NCBI GenBank assembly: GCA_049724395.1
Contig: JAUGWO010000015.1
Span: forward strand, 62,001 to 126,000
Reading direction: 5' to 3'
Source: Spongospora subterranea f. sp. subterranea
Lineage: Eukaryota
DNA: 64,000 nucleotides
Of this stretch, positions 62,528 through 64,000 are shown one piece after another. Made by a program: the position numbers and the translations under genes. Positions within the stretch are counted from its first letter, which is position 1; the number at the start of each line of letters is the position of its first letter. Under the pieces are notes generated by a model that saw only the letters and a program-made list of their open reading frames with translations, searched no databases and had not been told where the DNA came from.

Positions 62528-62956
62528 ACCTTGGAATCGATTAAAACGCCCCATGGCACGAACGCCCGGCCGACCTGAACCCTCAAAGCGAAGCGCATGC
62601 TCCACTTAGACGTTAATGAGCAGCACAAGGGTTGGATATCACTCACTATCGAGTCATGGCGAGCCGAAACCTCTGGCAACGCAACGTTCCATGAATCATG
62701 ATTCCCGGCCCGTAATCAGCATGTCAACCAGGAAGACGCCCACACGGCGCCGAACGCGAAGACGCAATGGTCAACACCGATCCAACACCAAATATATGGG
62801 AATTAAGCACAAAATAGGTTTGATAATATAACAAGAAATCTTACAGGAGCATGCACCGTCGCATACTCCTCAATGCGACGGTACATATTTGTGCAAGTAG
62901 ATATTCGAGATCAGGATCAGTTTATTGTCAGACCAATCAAAGGTTTTCCGTCTCGC

Positions 62957-63110
62957 TAGGGTGCATGTCGAACATCGGCCGGGAGTGAGTTGACTGTGGA
63001 GTATATACTTTTGTAATATCTCTGGTCAAGCCATTGAACCTAATTGTGTTCAATTCCCATATATTCCACATTCAACTGTTGCTCCCGGCCGATGTTCGAC
63101 ATGCACCCTA
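62957..63110. mobile_element. MITE-like element, about 150 bp
   Basis: 62957-62985 (tagggtgcatgtcgaacatcggccgggag) is the exact reverse complement of 63082-63110. The match extends imperfectly to about 50 bp, with TA at both ends. Confidence 0.75.
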
Positions 63111-63562
63111 ATCAACTTTCTAATGTTCGACAGGCGAAAAGGCGAACGACAAAAAGGAAAAAATAGCAATCAACTCGAAATTTCCAGGATGCAACTGCAA
63201 TATGAACGAGCCACGCTGCTCTCAAATCGATCTTGTGGTGAAGAAGGGTCGGTACCCTCATCCATGGTGCAAGGATGGGCATTCTCCGATCCTAAACAAC
63301 TACGGCACCTCGGTTGACGCCGTACGACGACGATATGCAATCGCAACCTTTTCCAATGTGGCTCTGCACCAGACAATCTCAAGCGAGAGAGTGAGACTCC
63401 CACAGACACGAATCGCCAACCTTGTGGGCGATATAGCGCCGAAAAGTCATGCGAGCCCCCGAACTGGCATGACGACTGGCACCACTCAAAGTTTCCTGGT
63501 TCTACAGTACGCAATAGTTTCTCATTACTTGAAAGACGCTGAACCGTCATCGCCCATAATCC

Positions 63563-64000
63563 ATGACCTTCGCATGCGATCTGCATGAACTGCAACAGCC
63601 AACCCGTGCTGGTCAATTCGCTCTCGCTCTGGGCGATACGGCAGCGGACAGTGCATATCAGAATCCGTTGATCAGTCGGTATGCCAGCAAGGAGATGTCG
63701 GCGATCTTCTCTGCCCAGAACAAGGTCGGCGTGTGGCGTCGACGATACTGCCGAATCTCTCGGCGTATCAGCCTGATAATAACGCTCTTTTCAGTATGGC
63801 TAGCGCTGGCCGAAACTCAAAAAGAACTCGGGGTTGTACAAATCACAGATTTGGCTATTGAAGAAATGCGAGCACACCTCGATGATATTAATTTTGCTGA
63901 AGCCGAGGAATTTGAGAAGCAGCTACGCCACGATGTCATGAGTCATATCAAATCGTACATTCTCAACTTGTTTTCTAGGAATCCTCGAAATTTCCATTTA
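63563..64000 (+). CDS. ADSL: Adenylosuccinate lyase, 5' part
   Basis: YQNPLISRYASKEMSAIFS..K..WRR/LWLALAETQKELG..IT..AIEEM......F..A...EKQLRHDVMSH. Confidence 0.92.
   Translation, partial: MTFACDLHELQQPTRAGQFALALGDTAADSAYQNPLISRYASKEMSAIFSAQNKVGVWRRRYCRISRRISLIITLFSVWLALAETQKELGVVQITDLAIEEMRAHLDDINFAEAEEFEKQLRHDVMSHIKSYILNLFSRNPRNFHL

Noticed and set aside
63123..63616. ORFs of 128 and 148 aa upstream of ADSL
   Set aside because: No identifiable domain; probably decayed repeat or chance ORFs.
1..64000. tRNA, rRNA, snRNA genes and telomeric repeats
   Set aside because: None recognised by eye; a covariance-model scan would be needed to exclude small ncRNAs.

Overview
Eukaryotic, gene-dense window. 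It has short GT-AG introns, very short intergenic spacers and flagellar genes. This fits a zoosporic protist with a compact genome; a plasmodiophorid/Phytomyxea-like organism is my guess and cannot be proven here. About 22 intron-containing host genes are recognisable: a GT77-like glycosyltransferase, ALG12 fused to a glutaredoxin, TTC27, ABHD4/5, NELF-C/D, CYB5D1, GAS8/DRC4, DDX49, a Slo/BK-type channel, DRG2, CFAP57, two LRR proteins, DENN, a KIF12-like kinesin, PPR, SET, cyclin T/K, an SMP-like protein, TruB, bL25, LYRM and ADSL. Repeat islands sit between them, and their most striking property is that most transposon remnants are arranged as fold-backs (inverted repeats). These are a Harbinger tail-to-tail pair (9.6-11.2 kb), two hairpins at 19.7 and 20.5 kb next to a Copia-like gag, and a 2.8-kb palindrome (22.7-25.5 kb). 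The palindrome contains nested older hairpins whose loop is a 44-bp piece of the neighbouring BK-channel gene. Its centre shares a terminal motif with a GCM-domain element at 56.2-57.3 kb. Several +1 homopolymer frameshifts in conserved genes suggest residual assembly errors. Exon boundaries and some gene ends are approximate.
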